In this document: in pieces, positions 12,071-26,949 of the stretch
How the letters are laid out: each line of letters begins with the position of its first letter
Position numbering within the stretch: the stretch's first letter is position 1
Assembly: GCA_964016885.1 (NCBI GenBank)
Contig: OZ024740.1
Span: forward strand, 388,306,001-388,370,000
Reading direction: 5' to 3'
Length of the DNA: 64,000 nucleotides
Source: Eledone cirrhosa
Taxonomy: Eukaryota
The notes under the pieces: generated by a model
Told to the model about the DNA's origin: nothing
Databases searched by the model: none
Seen by the model: the letters and a program-made list of their open reading frames with translations, nothing else
Position numbers and translations under genes: made by a program

Positions 12071-14019
12071 CATACGTGAATTTGAGTGTGTCTGTGTATG
12101 TGTGTACGTGTTGGGTGTGATGGATGTGTACGTATAATATATTGCGTCGATTTCATCTAATTGAATCCCATAAAAGTGTTAGATCTTTGAGTATGGAGCA
12201 CAGAATCATGACCTCATTGCTCTCCGTGCAACCTCTTCTTTTCTTTCAATTCCATTTCATTATTTCCCTGCACCGTTTGCGAGCTGCACCTTCTGAAATA
12301 CATTTCATCCTTCTCCTTTGCATTATCTCTTTCTATTTCTTTTTCTTTGTCATCATCTTCCTCCTCCACCTCCGTCACTTTTGTCTTCCTTTTCCGATTG
12401 TCTAGTGGAGATATTACTGTTGGTGTTAATAAAAAAGGCACCTTATGAAGAATGTGCGGCCAAGTTTTGTACTGTAATAATAAATCAACCAAATGCTACT
12501 AAACATTTGTGTTTGTCATGGATTCAATTAATATAGTTTTTTTTATTAATGAAACACATTTAATGTATCATTGATTATGATTAACATCGTAAAAAATGAA
12601 ATCGTTTCTTGCCAGTGAACCTCAATAGTGGAACAGAAAGATATGAAACGTTTTGGTTAATATTGTATCGTTCATATTCCTTATAGATTATGTATTAAAC
12701 AGCAATGGGAATGAATCAGAAATCAAAAATAAAACTGAAAACGACGAAGAAACATCTCGAAACGCAGAAAATTACCAAATGCCAGCTGTGGCCCTGCAGA
12801 AATATGGAATTGACGCAGAAACCTATGCAAGGAAACGGGGATTATAGAAAGAAACCAAAATGACAAACGCACGTGATTCTACCTGAAACACACACAATGC
12901 ATATCACATGCCGCAATAAAATGTGAAATACAGGGATAGTATGAAACACAACATGCGAACAGCAATCCTTTTTAAGCATGACGCAACAAGTCGTACGACA
13001 GCTTATCTGCTATAAATACGTACTTTAAGTTGTGCACACTAACAAACAAAACCACAAAAAATAATACATCCAAGATGCATCTGGTATTGTCTAAAATAAT
13101 ACCTATACAATTGACGCAATAATATTTTTATTCAATGTCAGACGTCAGTTACAAATTATACAAAGGATGAAAAATGTCCCACCAATGGATCAGGTCAAAT
13201 TCAATCAAGAAATACTAAATGTACTTTAAACTATATAATGGACGCAGAAATACGCATAGTATGTGGGTTTGTAATGTATTTTGAACTTACGGGATAAAAT
13301 GTATCATTATGAAATTGCGATCTAAATCCGTGAAAATGTCACACTCATAGTGATGATGTCACAACTCCTAGTGATGCTCTCACACACAATCGAGGTTTCT
13401 GAACATTAATGATGCATGTTAAGCAATTTGAAATATGTATATTAACATAATATCAACTAAAGCAGGGTTCAAATCATAAGAGTGAATTTTATAATAGTTT
13501 TAGTAAGATAGAGGAGGTACTTCATTTGGTGACTTTAAACTCCCCAATGACACATGGCCAAAAGACCACATTCTCTATGCTAGGAAAAGTTCACAAACGT
13601 TTGGCAATCAATATCGTAATGAATGCTTGACGAAGGGATTTATATAAGTAATAATGAATCGTCTCATGTGTATATTACTAATACCTGCACAGAAGACTAG
13701 TCAGGGGATACTCATATTATTCAGGGCAAAATATCACGTAACCATATTGATCATTTGAAAAGAAAATTTACAAGCCAGCTGTACTATTTTCTACATCACA
13801 GGTTACCCCATATTGTTATAGTAACGGTAGAATTTGCTGCTATAATAAAATTTTCTTTCCGTTCAGCAGAATATCCATTGTAATTGAAGATGGAAAGATA
13901 TGTTGTGATATATATTGGGATGATCCTGAAACAGTTAGTATTAAACTTTGCCAGTGTGAGCATACATTAATCATCAAACTAGCCGTCACTCTGTGATGCC
14001 AATTTTTCTACTTTATCAA

Positions 14020-14215
14020 TATAGTACTTGGAGTTCAAATATCAGAGCTCTTCAATATCCTGCCGAAAAACCTTCGAGATATACATGACGTGTATGTAGA
14101 TCTTTTCACCAATTACCTAATCGTTCTTAGATCGCAGTGTATTCTATATCTCGGCAAGGAATACAAATGTGGTCAGCGTTATCAAACATCCTCCTCACCA
14201 AAATAGCCAACCAAA
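14020..14215 (+). mobile_element. Highly degraded CR1/L2-type LINE 3' end
   Basis: Translation ELFNILPKNLRDIHDVYVDLF resembles the ORF2 C-terminus of CR1/L2-like elements. The match is short. Confidence 0.35.
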
Positions 14216-17200
14216 TGAGGAAAGGTATGGAATATGTAGCAACAATAATGATGACGCTTCAACACAGCTACATCTCGTGGGTTGGAAGACTACTGGGGTA
14301 AATAAGTAAAGAAAAGTGCAACTTTTCCTCATACCCCATCAATCAATACTTTTTTCTAATTTCAGATAACTGAAGATTTTTCTCAGTATCAATTTAGTGA
14401 CATTAAACTTTTATTGGTAGATAAGAATCATATTTGTGCAGTTTGTGTGTCACACAGTGGTGCACTTTTGAGATAGTAGTCACACGTAAACAAGTTTATA
14501 CCCCATTATTGTTTGCATAGTCTGAGCCCTTAGCGTACAGGTTTTGATGCTAAAGCGTTTGATTATGTTACATAATGGTATTGTAAATATCAATAGAATA
14601 AGATAATGTGAGAAACTTTATTAGATAGACGTCTGTTTGAATCTGATAACACTTGATACCCAGATGAATACAGGATCAAAGGATACTAGTCAGGATGGAA
14701 GCAAAAAATATTATTACTTCGATGAAATTTGATGCAGCTTTCAATATTTTCTAAATACGTCCATATTTGATATCGGTTCTCGAAAATTTTACCCATGTCT
14801 AGAGAACGTTTAGGTGTATAAGGAGAGAATTCGACGTTACAAATAAATAAGTAACTCAATAACACACGGATAAATCGTTGAAGTCTTAATGATAACCATG
14901 TCAGTGATACCACGTCGTACATGAATAAGTTTTCTGGAAAAATCGTTGTTTTAAAACAAATTATTTTTGTATATTAAAAATTGTTAAAATCGGATCCACT
15001 AATCTTTGACAAGACAACAAAATGGTTACGTAGTCTTGTTTTGTATGCTAATTATATTTTGTTGATTTCGTTTACAATCATAAAGGTTTCGAACCAATAC
15101 ACAATTTTTAAATTTTAGATGAGAATGCATATATGTTTTACAGCATGTTATTTTTATTGGTCTGGCTCATGTAGGTGTTACTGTCTTCCAATGAGGATCC
15201 ATCTCATACGATATATTTTGGCGATTTTAATGATAGAGGTACCAGTCATATACTATCGAAGCATTTATTCTGTCAACGTTTGGCAGGATTCGAAACCAAA
15301 GAGAACAAAGCCGGAATAGAAACAACAATGCATCTTATCTAATGTTCTAATAATTTCACCAATCCAACACTCAGGCCTTGTAATTAATTTATCGACCCTC
15401 GAAACAATGACAAGAAAAATTGTCTATAGATTTGAAATATGTTTTAACGATTCTGTCAATTCACTACCGTTTGACAATACCGTTCTATTATTATTATGAC
15501 AGCATTGTTAGAGAGCAGGACAAAATGCTTTATGCTATTTTGTCACAGTCCTTTACGTTCTGTGTTCATATTCCGCACAGGCCAACTTTGCTTATCATCA
15601 TTTTGGTGTCAATAAAATAATGTATCAGTCAAGTAATCGTGTCGATATAACTTGATCTTTCATTTGATTTAATCGTCTTTCGTCTCCGACAAAATTTGCG
15701 GGTCTTTGTATTATTTGTGGGTCTTAGCCATATGGGGAAAGACAGTCTTTATAGCTCCTTTCAGGGCACCCAACAGAGGTGGGAGAAGAGGAGAAAATTA
15801 CTCCCAGACCGGAGATCTGCGCCGAAATTTTGAACAGCTAACTCTGCTAGGTGTTTTGTTTTAGTTGAAGATTATTTATATCAGCAAAAATAGGAAACGA
15901 CCCTTCCAACGAGTATTGACACAATTTAGTCTATCTGATTTTAATGAGAAGAACCTGATTGACAGAGATGCATGGAATAAGACATTTGCGTCTTTTATAG
16001 AAGAATTGAATGAACCCGAGACTTAGCTATTTTGATGTAAACCCCTTTAACTCGCAATCATGCAATTGTCCCATTATACTCACCTGTCTATCAGCTATAT
16101 CGGAGTCTCTTTAGATTAGATAGATAGTGACCGTTTCATTCGAATATATTTGTTTATCGCACCTATTGAAAGCTGCATAATGTAAAGTGAGAATGCGAGT
16201 ATAAAACTGAAATCTATTTTGTAATATTTGCTTACAATTTAATTGAAAATCATAACATGTTCTCTGATTGTGGTAGCATGTTTGAAAATGTCTGTGATGT
16301 GACACAATTTCGAAAAGCAGCAATCTTGCATGTGTAGTTGAGATTAATGCTTATGGGAGGCTTTTATTCAAGAAAATAGAAACGTTAGATACACTAACTT
16401 TAGATACACTAACACCGGCTGCGAATAGGTCGTTAGAACGTCAGGTAGAACATTTTGCGTTATTCATTCCGGCTCTCTCCGCTTAAATTCAAATACAACA
16501 GGGGGATTCTTTTTCTTTGTCTCCTTTCGAGATCGATAAATAAAGTACCAGTCCAGTGCTGGTGTCGATTATTCCTCTATATCTGTTTCTCCTTTTCGCA
16601 TTCTCACTTTCTCATTCTCTCCTCTTCTCTGGAATAAATCGGCTGTTTAGATGTTTAGACCTGGAGAGAGAAGGGCTCCGACAGGTTTTAAATGCCCAAA
16701 GACACGCCATATGTTAAGCCCGCCCCATAACTACGACTCTATTATGAGTTACTATCCCTTACATTTATACAGCAGTATATAAATACACGAGAACACAACT
16801 AATTAATCGATCGATCTACAAGAACTAAGAGCCATATCTCTCTCTCACAAAAACAATCTACCGTCATAAAAACAGGACATTAAATAGTGTTATATTCTGT
16901 GAAAAAGGAAAAAGAACTGAATAGTCATGACAGGGATGTTTTACTCATAAATCTGCCAAATCAAGGCTGACCTGGAATAAACAGCAACGATATCAATCAA
17001 CAGGAAGTCATCTCCGTGTCACTAGGCCAGCTAGAAATAACAGCCAAATGTTCTTAAAATCACGTCTAATCATAAAAATTGAAATGAATTTGGACAACTC
17101 ACTACTATATCCCATAAAAGGACGTATTGAAAATTTTTGTCACGTAGTATCAAAGAATATTACTTCTGGTGAACTTTGACATATTTTCGCTGAATAATTT

Positions 17201-17608
17201 CAAAATGATATGGTAATGTAGAAACTGTTATTATGCGATAATTAAACTAAAAGGCGTTAATTTATGAATACATAAGCAGTTATGGGCGGAGAATAATCAA
17301 TGAAAATGATAGATAGAATTCTGAAATATTTTCATCTATTCGTTTATAGAATATTTTTAGCTAAAGTCTCATGATTTGATGAAAGTTCAATGTTTTCTTC
17401 AGTTCTGAATATATTGTGCTTTTATTTAGCTGGAGTTTCCTTTAGCTTCATATAAATATTACGGAGTAATTTACAGTTTATTAAAGTCAATATCTTACCA
17501 CGAACATCAGTGTTTTGCTAGTAGTTCTTAAAACATTGATATCTTAAACGTGCCAACTCTCTCTATCTCTCTCTCTCTGTACACACACACGCACACACAC
17601 GCACACGC

Positions 17609-17742
<134 letters not shown>

Positions 17743-18184
17743 ATACATACATATATATATATTTATATATATATATATACATACATATAGAAATCTACAT
17801 TTCCATAAAAATTTGTAGAAACATTTAAATATTTAAAGGCACGTCCACAAATGTTTATGCATTGCTTTTTCTCCGACAATCAGAGTCAGTTTTAATATGT
17901 TTATGGCTACGTTTATTCATGACATCGATTTGTTATTATTTTCTTCTTTCTATAAGATTCTATTCCATTGTGTATTCATATTCGTTTTATTTGTTAATGT
18001 TTTCATGTCTATTTTTATTGATTAACATCATCATCATCTGGTCGAGCTTGCTCGGTCATTCATGAGCCTAGCACACCATCCATCATGATCAAGCATATGT
18101 GTTGGGAGGTCATTAGGAGAGCATTCTGTGTCCCTACCAAATATATAAGATTTATAGATGATATCTATTTTTCGTTTTCATATA

Positions 18185-19763
18185 CAGTAGCGATCAAGAT
18201 AAGAGAATGATAAATTAACTTTTCGTTATTTTTCTTAGTTGACAAAACTTTTTCTTTAAAGTTTGAAAGAATATTTGTTGTATATAAATATACTCTTATA
18301 TGCTAAAATATTTTCTAAATAATCAGAGGTATAAAGAAGATATTAATAATATACTTTCAATTTAAAAAAAAATACAGTGATCAAAATAAGAAAATTCTCT
18401 AGTGATTTTCTATATTTTGGGTAATATATCTGGCAACACTTGTCAACAGGGGTAACATTACTAGTATGTTCCATTTTCCTATCGACTCTCGAAAGTTGTC
18501 GACCCATTCCAAGGTAACTGAAGCCCTCCGACGTAAAGTCGTTCAGATAAAGAGTGATGGAATCTCTCTCTCAGCCATTGGAAGGGAAGTTGGCCATTCT
18601 AAAAGTGTAAAAGTGAGGATATTGAAATTGCACAGTGAAACCAACTCCTTCATGTCTACGAAGAAGGCCGGTCGTCACCCTAAAACATGTCAACGAGTGG
18701 ACCACATGATCCACAGAATGTCTATGGGGAACCGATTTCACACTGCAGCTAGAATATCTCAACAAATCAGCGGTAATTTGGGCAAGGAAGTGTCTCGGCG
18801 TACAGTCTCTCGTCTTCTGGCAGAAGTTGGATTGAAAGCCCACTCCGAATCGATCAAACTTCTTATCAGCAATAAAAATGAAATTGCTAGACTTGCCTTT
18901 ACTGAGAAGCATGTTGTATGGAGTGAAAGAAATTAGTCCAAAGTCTCAATTTAGTGATGAAAGCAAGTTTAATTGGGTTGGTTCAGATATAAGACGTAAA
19001 ACTGGGGTAAGACTTCTTTCTAAGTGTGTCAAAAAGTTTGTAAAATTCGGAGGAGGCTCTGTCATGGTTCGGGGAATGTTCTCTGCAACTTGGGTGTTCT
19101 CATATACTTAAAGGTACTGTTAATGCTAATTTTACTAGAACCTCCTTCAGCAACATTCCATTCCCACTTTACGGGCTTCTCCCAGTCAACCAGACATTTT
19201 TATGCAAGATAATGCTCCGTGCCACACTGCAAAACTAGTGAAAAGATTTCTCGAGGATGAGGAAATAGAAGTTTTGAAATGGCCAGCCCAGAGTTCTGAC
19301 TTAGATCCAATCGAAAACCTTTGGAAGATCATTGGGAACAATGTCATGGCGAAAAAACCAGCTACAACCACTGAATTATGGAAGAAACTGGATGAAGAGT
19401 GGAATAATATCACTCCAAAGCTGTGCAATACGATGGTGACTTCATGTCGATGCAGATGTGCCGAAGTCATCCAACGCAAGGGCCTCTACACTTCCTATTA
19501 ATCTTTGAGAATGGTAAACCCTCGTTTGTAGATCACATCTCATGTTTAATTGGGTTTTCGTAAATATTATGTTACCGTTCTCTTATTTTGATCGCTGTAT
19601 GTTTTCAAAGTTAAAGGTATACCCTTGATTATTTAGAAAATATTTTAGACATAACAGATATATATACTATGAATATTATTTCAAAATTTTAAAGGAAAAA
19701 TTTTATTGAATAAGAAAAATAATGAAAAATTGATTTGTCGTTCTATTTCTTTGATCGCTAACG
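18185..19763 (+). mobile_element. Tc1-family DNA transposon with long IR/DR-type terminal inverted repeats
   Basis: The left end reads TA-cagtagcgatcaa and the right end ttgatcgctaacg-TA. TIRs are ~200 bp and imperfect, with inner repeats at ~18373 (tacagtgatcaaaataaga) and ~19580 (tcttattttgatcgctgta). Confidence 0.9.
18490..19501 (+). pseudogene. Tc1 DD34E transposase, disrupted by a stop and frameshifts
   Basis: Paired-like HTH and GRHPKT, VSRRTVSRLL, FSDESKF, VKFGGGSVMV, QDNAPCH and WPAQSSDLDPIENLW. There are 34 residues between the second D and E. Confidence 0.92.
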
Positions 19764-20142
19764 TATGGACATTTCGATAAGGGTTTGGTCAGGGTTAAAC
19801 ATTTTATAAAGACACTACGTAACGTCCTTTTTAGTTAACAAACATTGATCTTGATTTCTATTTATATTATAACGTTGCAATATAAAACTACATAAGATTT
19901 TCACACCAATACGAACATGTACTCAGCCTTTCTCTAGTTATTATATTCTTTATAAAATATTTGTATAAATGTATACAAAATGATGAAGCTGAATATGAAC
20001 AATCTTTTACTCAAAGCCAACTTCGGAACGATGATGTGAGAATGGCGGTAGTGATGGTATTGTTGTTGCTTTTATTTTATCATGGCGCTGATGGTGGGAG
20101 CATTGATTGTTATGATTGTGGTTGTTATTATTATTACTATTA

Positions 20143-20330
20143 AGGCGATGAATTGGCAGAATTGGTAGAGGGTTGGACGCCATGCTTTCTAGCATAGTTA
20201 CGTCCCTTTACGGTCTGAGTTCAAATCCCGCCAAGGTTAACTTTGCCTTTCATCCTTACAGGGTCGATAAAATAAAGTACCGGTAATGCACTGGGTAATT
20301 GCTGGCCTTGTGCCTAAAGTAGAAACAATT
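20143..20330 (+). mobile_element. tRNA-derived SINE (octopod-like family)
   Basis: A-box-like TGGCAGAATTGG, B-box GTTCAAATCC, central GCCTTTCATCCTTAC.GGGTCGATAAAATAAAGTACC, and tail GCTGGCCTTGTGCCTAAAGTAGAAAC followed by (ATT)n. Confidence 0.85.
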
Positions 20331-23300
20331 ACTATTATCATCATCATCTTTATTGTCATTATTCTATCTGTTGTTAATTTTTAAATCGATTACATATATG
20401 TCAATAATATATGTCAGTAACATTCATATGCCAGCCATAATATTTCCAATGAAAATCATCCTCGAGACTTATGAAAATAAATAATTATTGACTTTGCCAT
20501 TCTCACTAGTCATATTTTAGGTTGTTGTCATTATCCCTCATATTGGTAAATATTTGTATAGATATTTGATTCAATTTGATGCTGCTAAAGACTACGCTGG
20601 AGGTGAGGTGTGATAACAGTGGTATTAAATAGTATAAAATAGAGATCCTAATAGTAGTGGTGCTAGTAATATCGTTGAGGCAGTGAAGGTTTCATTACAC
20701 AAACATTGATATGTATTTCCAATCGATTTTTCCGTTGTATGTTTTTTAAAAATTAATCATCTAACTGAAATTACAACATAAACGAGAAAATAAGAATAAA
20801 ACACTGTCGCGAAGATAAGTTGGTTTTATTTTTTCGTTTAAACGATATTTTGAAACAATAAAAACACGTTAAAAAAACCATAAGTAAAAATAAAACGAAG
20901 GAAAACTGTTTACAATATGATAAAAGCCTGAAAACCTATAACTATAAAAAATTGTTTCTGTATTGATTTTGATTCGAATGTCAAATATTGCTTCACGTTG
21001 ATAATATTCTCTTTGCTTGTTTCTGTCGCTAGTGAGTAGGTGAAAATGGTTGTAGGTTCTGAAGTTGCTTGACGATGTCATGAAAAGTCAACGTTTGATA
21101 TAATGTTGCTTTATTATTCTGAGATTCAAAGCGTATCCCTCTATGTATGCTTTTAACTTTTATATAATAGGAGTTTATGCCTTGGTTGTGTGTTGCCAGA
21201 GAGGTATTTTATGCCTAGTTATGAATGTGTATGTATATAAAGGTGAAGCGATATATGAAAGTATCTCGTTGGTTATGCCTACATCAGACAGGATCAAATT
21301 CAGCTATTGCCAAAGGCACTCTAGACGTGACCATAATGTCCTTTTTTCATATCAAGAACAAGAATGATTGTGTTTTTCTTTTTAAAGACTCTGTTGAATT
21401 GGCTGCTATTTCTTGGAAGCCGAATGAACACGTAGAAGGTTCCTCATCGGCTCTTAATGTAGTTCACGCAACCGACAGTGATGTTAATACGACTGTGGTT
21501 TGGTGAGCAAATTTCTGAGCAAAGGTGTTAATACTCCTAGGACAATGTCTGACTACTTTGTCCGACGCTGTGTTATCGAATGGATCTACAGTACCATTGG
21601 TAGGAATCGAAGCTGTGTACGTCCATTTCAGCAGCCCCTAATCAAGGAGTTTTGTACTTGTTGTAAAATATTGCAATATTATCTGACGCACACGGTTCCT
21701 CCTGCTATTGTTTTGTTAAGTTATATAGTGGTGGTGGTGTGGTGATGTGTGAAATATCACTACAATTGAAGTTAGAAATACGTGAAAACAAGAAGAGTAT
21801 AAATACAAAGTAAAACATCAGTTTACAATTTTATCTTATATTTCATGATTTATTAGTGTTATGTCTAATTCTCAAAGGAAAAGAAATTTGGAAAGAAGGA
21901 GGCAGATTGTATAACGTTATGCAGTAGAATGAGTTTACTTAGCCTGCATACAATGTTGTCGTTACATGCAACGTTGGTTGGATATATTGTATTTACATAT
22001 GAATACTGTTTCTGTAGCTCATGTGTACGTGTTATGATATTTCTCATGTTATAACGACCACAGAAACTCTCTTTAATTATCACCTGTTAAAGAACCAGTG
22101 ATGTGGTGGTGGTGGTGGTGGTGGGGGGGGGGGGGGGTAATAAATAAAGCTAACTCACTTTTAGCAATGCTGGTATAAAATTGCTGGGCCTATCCTTAGG
22201 TCGGAAGGTGATATTTATAGACATATATTTAAAATTTAATTTGAAGCAATATTGTAAATAGAGCCGCTCCATCAAAGAACTCTTTGTTGGAAAAGAGATC
22301 AAAGATTATTCTGCAAATATTGGTTTAATTTTTAAAAAAGAATAGGCGGTAATAAAATTTAGTCTTAATAGTGTTGGCAAATTTACTGCGTAAGACAAAA
22401 TGACGCAGTATTTGTTACGGTTCTTTGCACTTTAAGTTCAAATCCCGCAGAATATCCGCTTTGTCTTGCTTGCATTACACGCTATTACAGCGCGTAATGT
22501 AACAGATAATCCATGGTCCCTATATACTATGATAATGGAGGCAGAGGCAGTGAATATATCCCTTCAAACTTCCAGTATTTATTTTATGAAACTAGACGCT
22601 GGAAGCAATTAACTAATTAACTAGACTAGATACGTTCCTAATATTCCTGTAACTTTTTGTATCATATTTTACTGATTATTCCTAATTCAGCCATAGTTAG
22701 GATATGTGTAAATTCTTAATGATATTGTGGATCACCTGCTACATAAGACATTCAATTGTATTGTTTAATTATATTACATATTCGCGCAATAATTTCAGTA
22801 TAGTTTTAGTGATATTGATATTAAGCAACTGTTTGCACATTGTGAAATCTAATTCATATAAATCATTCTTGTATTTGAAAACTATAAGAGTTTATTTTGT
22901 CCGTTTTAATATTATTCTTTAAATCTTCTATGTACTTACAGAAATTTACTTTACTAAGAGTTTTTTCAACACGCTGACGCATATGTGTAAATGTACATTT
23001 ATATGTATGAGTATATCAAAGGTATATATTGAGTTAGAAACTCAAAATAGTCTCTTACAATTAAATAGCTCAAAGAAAAAAATGTTTCCGGCCGTGTAAT
23101 ATAATTGAATATAAAAGAGAGATAAACACAGATATATACATATATGTGTTCAAATCGTAATGTATGTTCAAATCGTAATATATATATATATATCTGTGTT
23201 TCTCTCTTTTTTATATTCAATTATATATGTATGAGTATATAAATATAAACGTGCAAACACAGACACGCTTACAAAAGTACATACTCACAGATTCACACAC

Positions 23301-23599
23301 ACACATACATTTACATAAACACTCATATACACATACACTCACACACAGCGTAGTAAATGGAACACTAGTCGCTGTTTTGCTAAAAATTTTACACCATCCC
23401 CTTCCTTCCTTTTACACACAAACACACACACACACATTGTGTGATGGACGGACGGAAATCGCTCAAATCTATATATAGATTGACTACGTTCAGTAGGATG
23501 GCTACAATTAGTACTAATTCAATAGCCCCATTGTTTTGGTATTGTTCTGATGTTATAGTACTTAGCAGTCAAGCTACATTATCAACGTTAAAGACAAAA

Positions 23600-23811
23600 A
23601 CCTTATATCTCATGCGCTGGATTACTTGTTCCACTAAAAATCTGCTCAAGTAATATTCATTGGATAGGCTTTGTTAACAGACTAGTCCATGTGTATTGAT
23701 GCTATACCTTATATCTCATGCGCTGGATTACTTGTTCCACTAAAAATCTGCTCAAGTAATATTCATTGGATAGGCTTTGTTAACAGACTAGTCCATGTGT
23801 ATTGATGCTAT
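23600..23811. repeat. Near-perfect tandem duplication of ~105 bp
   Basis: accttatatctcatgcgctgg...gtattgatgctata is present twice in tandem. Confidence 0.9.
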
Positions 23812-24639
23812 AGCTTGTGTTCAGGAAAGGCTCTCTAAAATACAAAATATTTTGCCAATTATCCGCTTTAGAGAATGTTATGACACTGCGAAATTCGTAT
23901 CGTGATATGATGTAATACAACTTGCATGGAGTGTGAAAAGAGAATTCGATACAAAATTGAGGAAATTATGTTTAATATAGTTTACAGGGCTAACTTATTA
24001 ATTGATTGCATAAAATCTTTGAATATTGTCTTTCATAACCTACATATGTAGTTCTTTAAATGTTCAGGTGCTTGGTGAAAATTTACACCTCGACTAGGGT
24101 CTTTCTCAAGGTATTTGAATTCTGAAAGTATTAAAATGTTGTTAATTAATAAGACGCTGGTGTAGGCAGAAAGGGGAGTGTGGGCTCTTAAAGTGCTTGG
24201 TATACTGAAACTTTGTTGTTTTTCCTCTCGCCGTAGTAGGTTGGTGCTCCCTAGAATGGGATGCGACTCTTGAGGTAGTCAGGGGTATTTAATACCTTCC
24301 CTGGTGTTTTCAGAATTGCTAGAATTGCTTCAATCACGCTACCAACATGCGAGCGACAGATTACTTCCTCTGGAAATTATTTTCTTCTTAAACAAGATTT
24401 AGGTATCTCAGTATATCCAAACGTTTGGACGTGAGTAATTGGAATGCCGTACAAGTGCCCGTTCCTTGAAGACAAATGTATGTAATCTCTCCCGCACACC
24501 CCTAGTCACTTGTGGAAACCGCAAATAACAATTGTGTCTGGATGTTATCGTTGTAAATAAGTAAAATTTCAGAACTCAATATCGAAGAGTCTGTATGTGT
24601 GCGCCATTTCTTCATCTTTCTTTTATAAAGTTAATAATT

Positions 24640-25110
24640 ATTATTTCTGATTTAGGGGCAAGGCTAACAATATTTGAGGGGGGAAAAATCAATCAAATCG
24701 ACCCCAGTACGTAACTGGTGCTTTATTTTATCGACCCTATAAGGATGAAAGGCAAAGCTAACCTCGACGGGATTTGAACTCAGAAAATAAAGGACCATAA
24801 CTCTATACCATGATTTTAGGTATAGAGTTGCGGCCCTTTACATTGTGAGTTCAAATCCCGCCGATGTTAGCTTTGCCTTTCATCCTTACGTGGTCGATAA
24901 AATAAAGTACCAGTAATGCACTCCGGTCAATTTAATCGACTTTCCCCTCTCCTTCAAATTGCTAGCCTTGTGCCTAAAGTAGCTTTGCCTTTCCTCCTTG
25001 CGGGGTCGATAAATTAAGTAACAGTCACGAACTTGCGTCGATTTAATCGACTTTCCATCCCTTTCAAATTGCTGGCCTTGTGCCTAAAGTAGAAACAATT
25101 ATTATTATTA
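24640..25110. mobile_element. SINE cluster: head-to-head inverted pair of 5'-truncated copies plus a duplicated 3' half
   Basis: Minus copy ~24640-24812, plus copy ~24818-24980, and an extra 3' segment 24981-25110. Confidence 0.8.
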
Positions 25111-25302
25111 TTGGTAACTGACTTCTGTAGACGTGTTATTGTGAGCTTTGTTATTGCTGTTTGTTGTTTTAAGTTATTTGAAATCTGATTTGCTAATATA
25201 AATATTTTTGTTACAAACTACTAATAGGATGACATACATTGTCCACAGAAAAGGTGACCTCATAATATTTGGGCCTTTCGCTCATATATTTGCACTTTAT
25301 TA

Positions 25303-25545
25303 GTACCAGTAATGCACTGGGTAATTGCTGGCCTTGTGCCTAAAGTAGAAACAATTATTTTTGGTGATTTGGCAGTATCGGTAGAGGGTTGAACGCCATG
25401 CTTTCTAGCATAGTTACGTCCCTTTACATTCTAAGTTCAAATCCCGCCGAGGTTAACTTTGCCTTTCATCCTTACGGGGTCGATAAAATAAAGTACCAGT
25501 AATGTACTGGATAATTGCTGGCCTTGTGCCTAAAGTAGAAACAAT
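25303..25545 (+). mobile_element. SINE 3' fragment followed by a near full-length SINE
   Basis: Same A/B boxes, central domain and tail as the other copies. Confidence 0.85.
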
Positions 25546-26514
25546 TATCTTTATTATCACACTTACAAGCGTTTAAAAATGCAGGTGCCACGCCCCTCCA
25601 CTTGTAGTTAGCTGTAACGTGACAGCGACTCGCTTTCGAGTCTAAAGACAATAATGTCATCACCACCACTGTCACAATCAGCAACACCAATTCAAACACA
25701 AGAGACTACCACCACCACCAACAACAACAACAACAACAACAGCAGCAGCACCAACACCCATAACAGTAATGCTAACAAAATCGGCTGCGGCAAAATTCAT
25801 ACAATAAAAATATAGGAACATGATTATCCCGCATTACCCCAATCCCACACTGCCGCTACCTCCATCTTTTTCAGAGCATTAAAACAAAAAAGAAGAAACA
25901 CTTTGATTACACAAACGTGTATTTGTTCCAGTAACTTTGTTAATTTTGTCTGTTTAAAACCCGTTTGTTACAATTTCTGATGCTAAGGGGATATAAGGCA
26001 GCACCAATTTTACAAGTTTTGCCACTGCAGCCACAAGCAGCGTCTCCGGCAACAACAACAACAACAACAACAACAAAAACAAAAAAACTAAAAAGGACAC
26101 AATAACAACGACTACAGCAGCCACAACCACAACAACAATACCAACAACAACAACAACAGCAACACCAGCAAAAACAACAAAACTAAAAACGAACACAACA
26201 ACGACTACAGCAGCAACGGTAGCTTTGACAACAGCAGTAAAATCAACAATGACAGCAGCAGCAGCAACAACAGCAGCAACAAGGTGAACAAGAAAACAAC
26301 ACGTTTGTAAAATCAAAAAAAAAATTTTATGTGGATATTTCTGACAAAGAAGCACTTTTAGCCCAGGCAGCTAAACAGAAGATGTTTTAACAAATGGGTC
26401 AAGTATTGTGAAGTTTACGTTCCCAAACATTAAAGGAAGCTATAATGCTTCCTACTCTACAGCGAATATAGTTATTTGCTCGGAGGCTATCTATGTTTGA
26501 TTAGATATTGGTCT

Positions 26515-26727
26515 TCTTTTCTTCTTCGCCTATTCATTCCTAAAAGGGTCGTGGGGGCAGATTCCTTAAACACTCTTTCTAGCCGGTCATGTCAGAATCA
26601 ACCGTCTCCAAATGATCCGATGTAATCCTCAAGCAGGACCATTGATGTTATCCAACCATCTTGCTCGGGCTCTACCCCTGGGTCTTCTGCCGGTTGGTTT
26701 TTCCTGTAAAATCTGTCCAGCGATGCC
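26515..26727 (-). mobile_element. RTE LINE 3' end fragment
   Basis: Clear similarity to 6625-6860 (aaacactctttc..gtcatg..caaccgtctcca..tgatccga..gccgg.tggttt..aatctgtccagcgat). Confidence 0.75.
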
Positions 26728-26949
26728 TTTATTTTTATCAGATATATTTTCTGTTATAACATCTTTCAGTACCGCGTTCATCTTTTTTCAGATATGTTCT
26801 ATCCGCCCTTTTCACCCCCTGTAATAGTTGTTCAGATTAGCCTCTTTTGTGATCTCAATGATCTCTTTAACCATCTCCTTATTCTTTTCATTCCTCTCAT
26901 TCTCTGCCATACCGATCATTCACTCCCTTTCAAGCTTTCTCGCATTTGC

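Noticed and set aside
25954-26355. Val/Ala-rich 133-aa ORF
   Set aside because: Antisense of degenerate (CAA/CAG)n repeats, with no domain or splice evidence.
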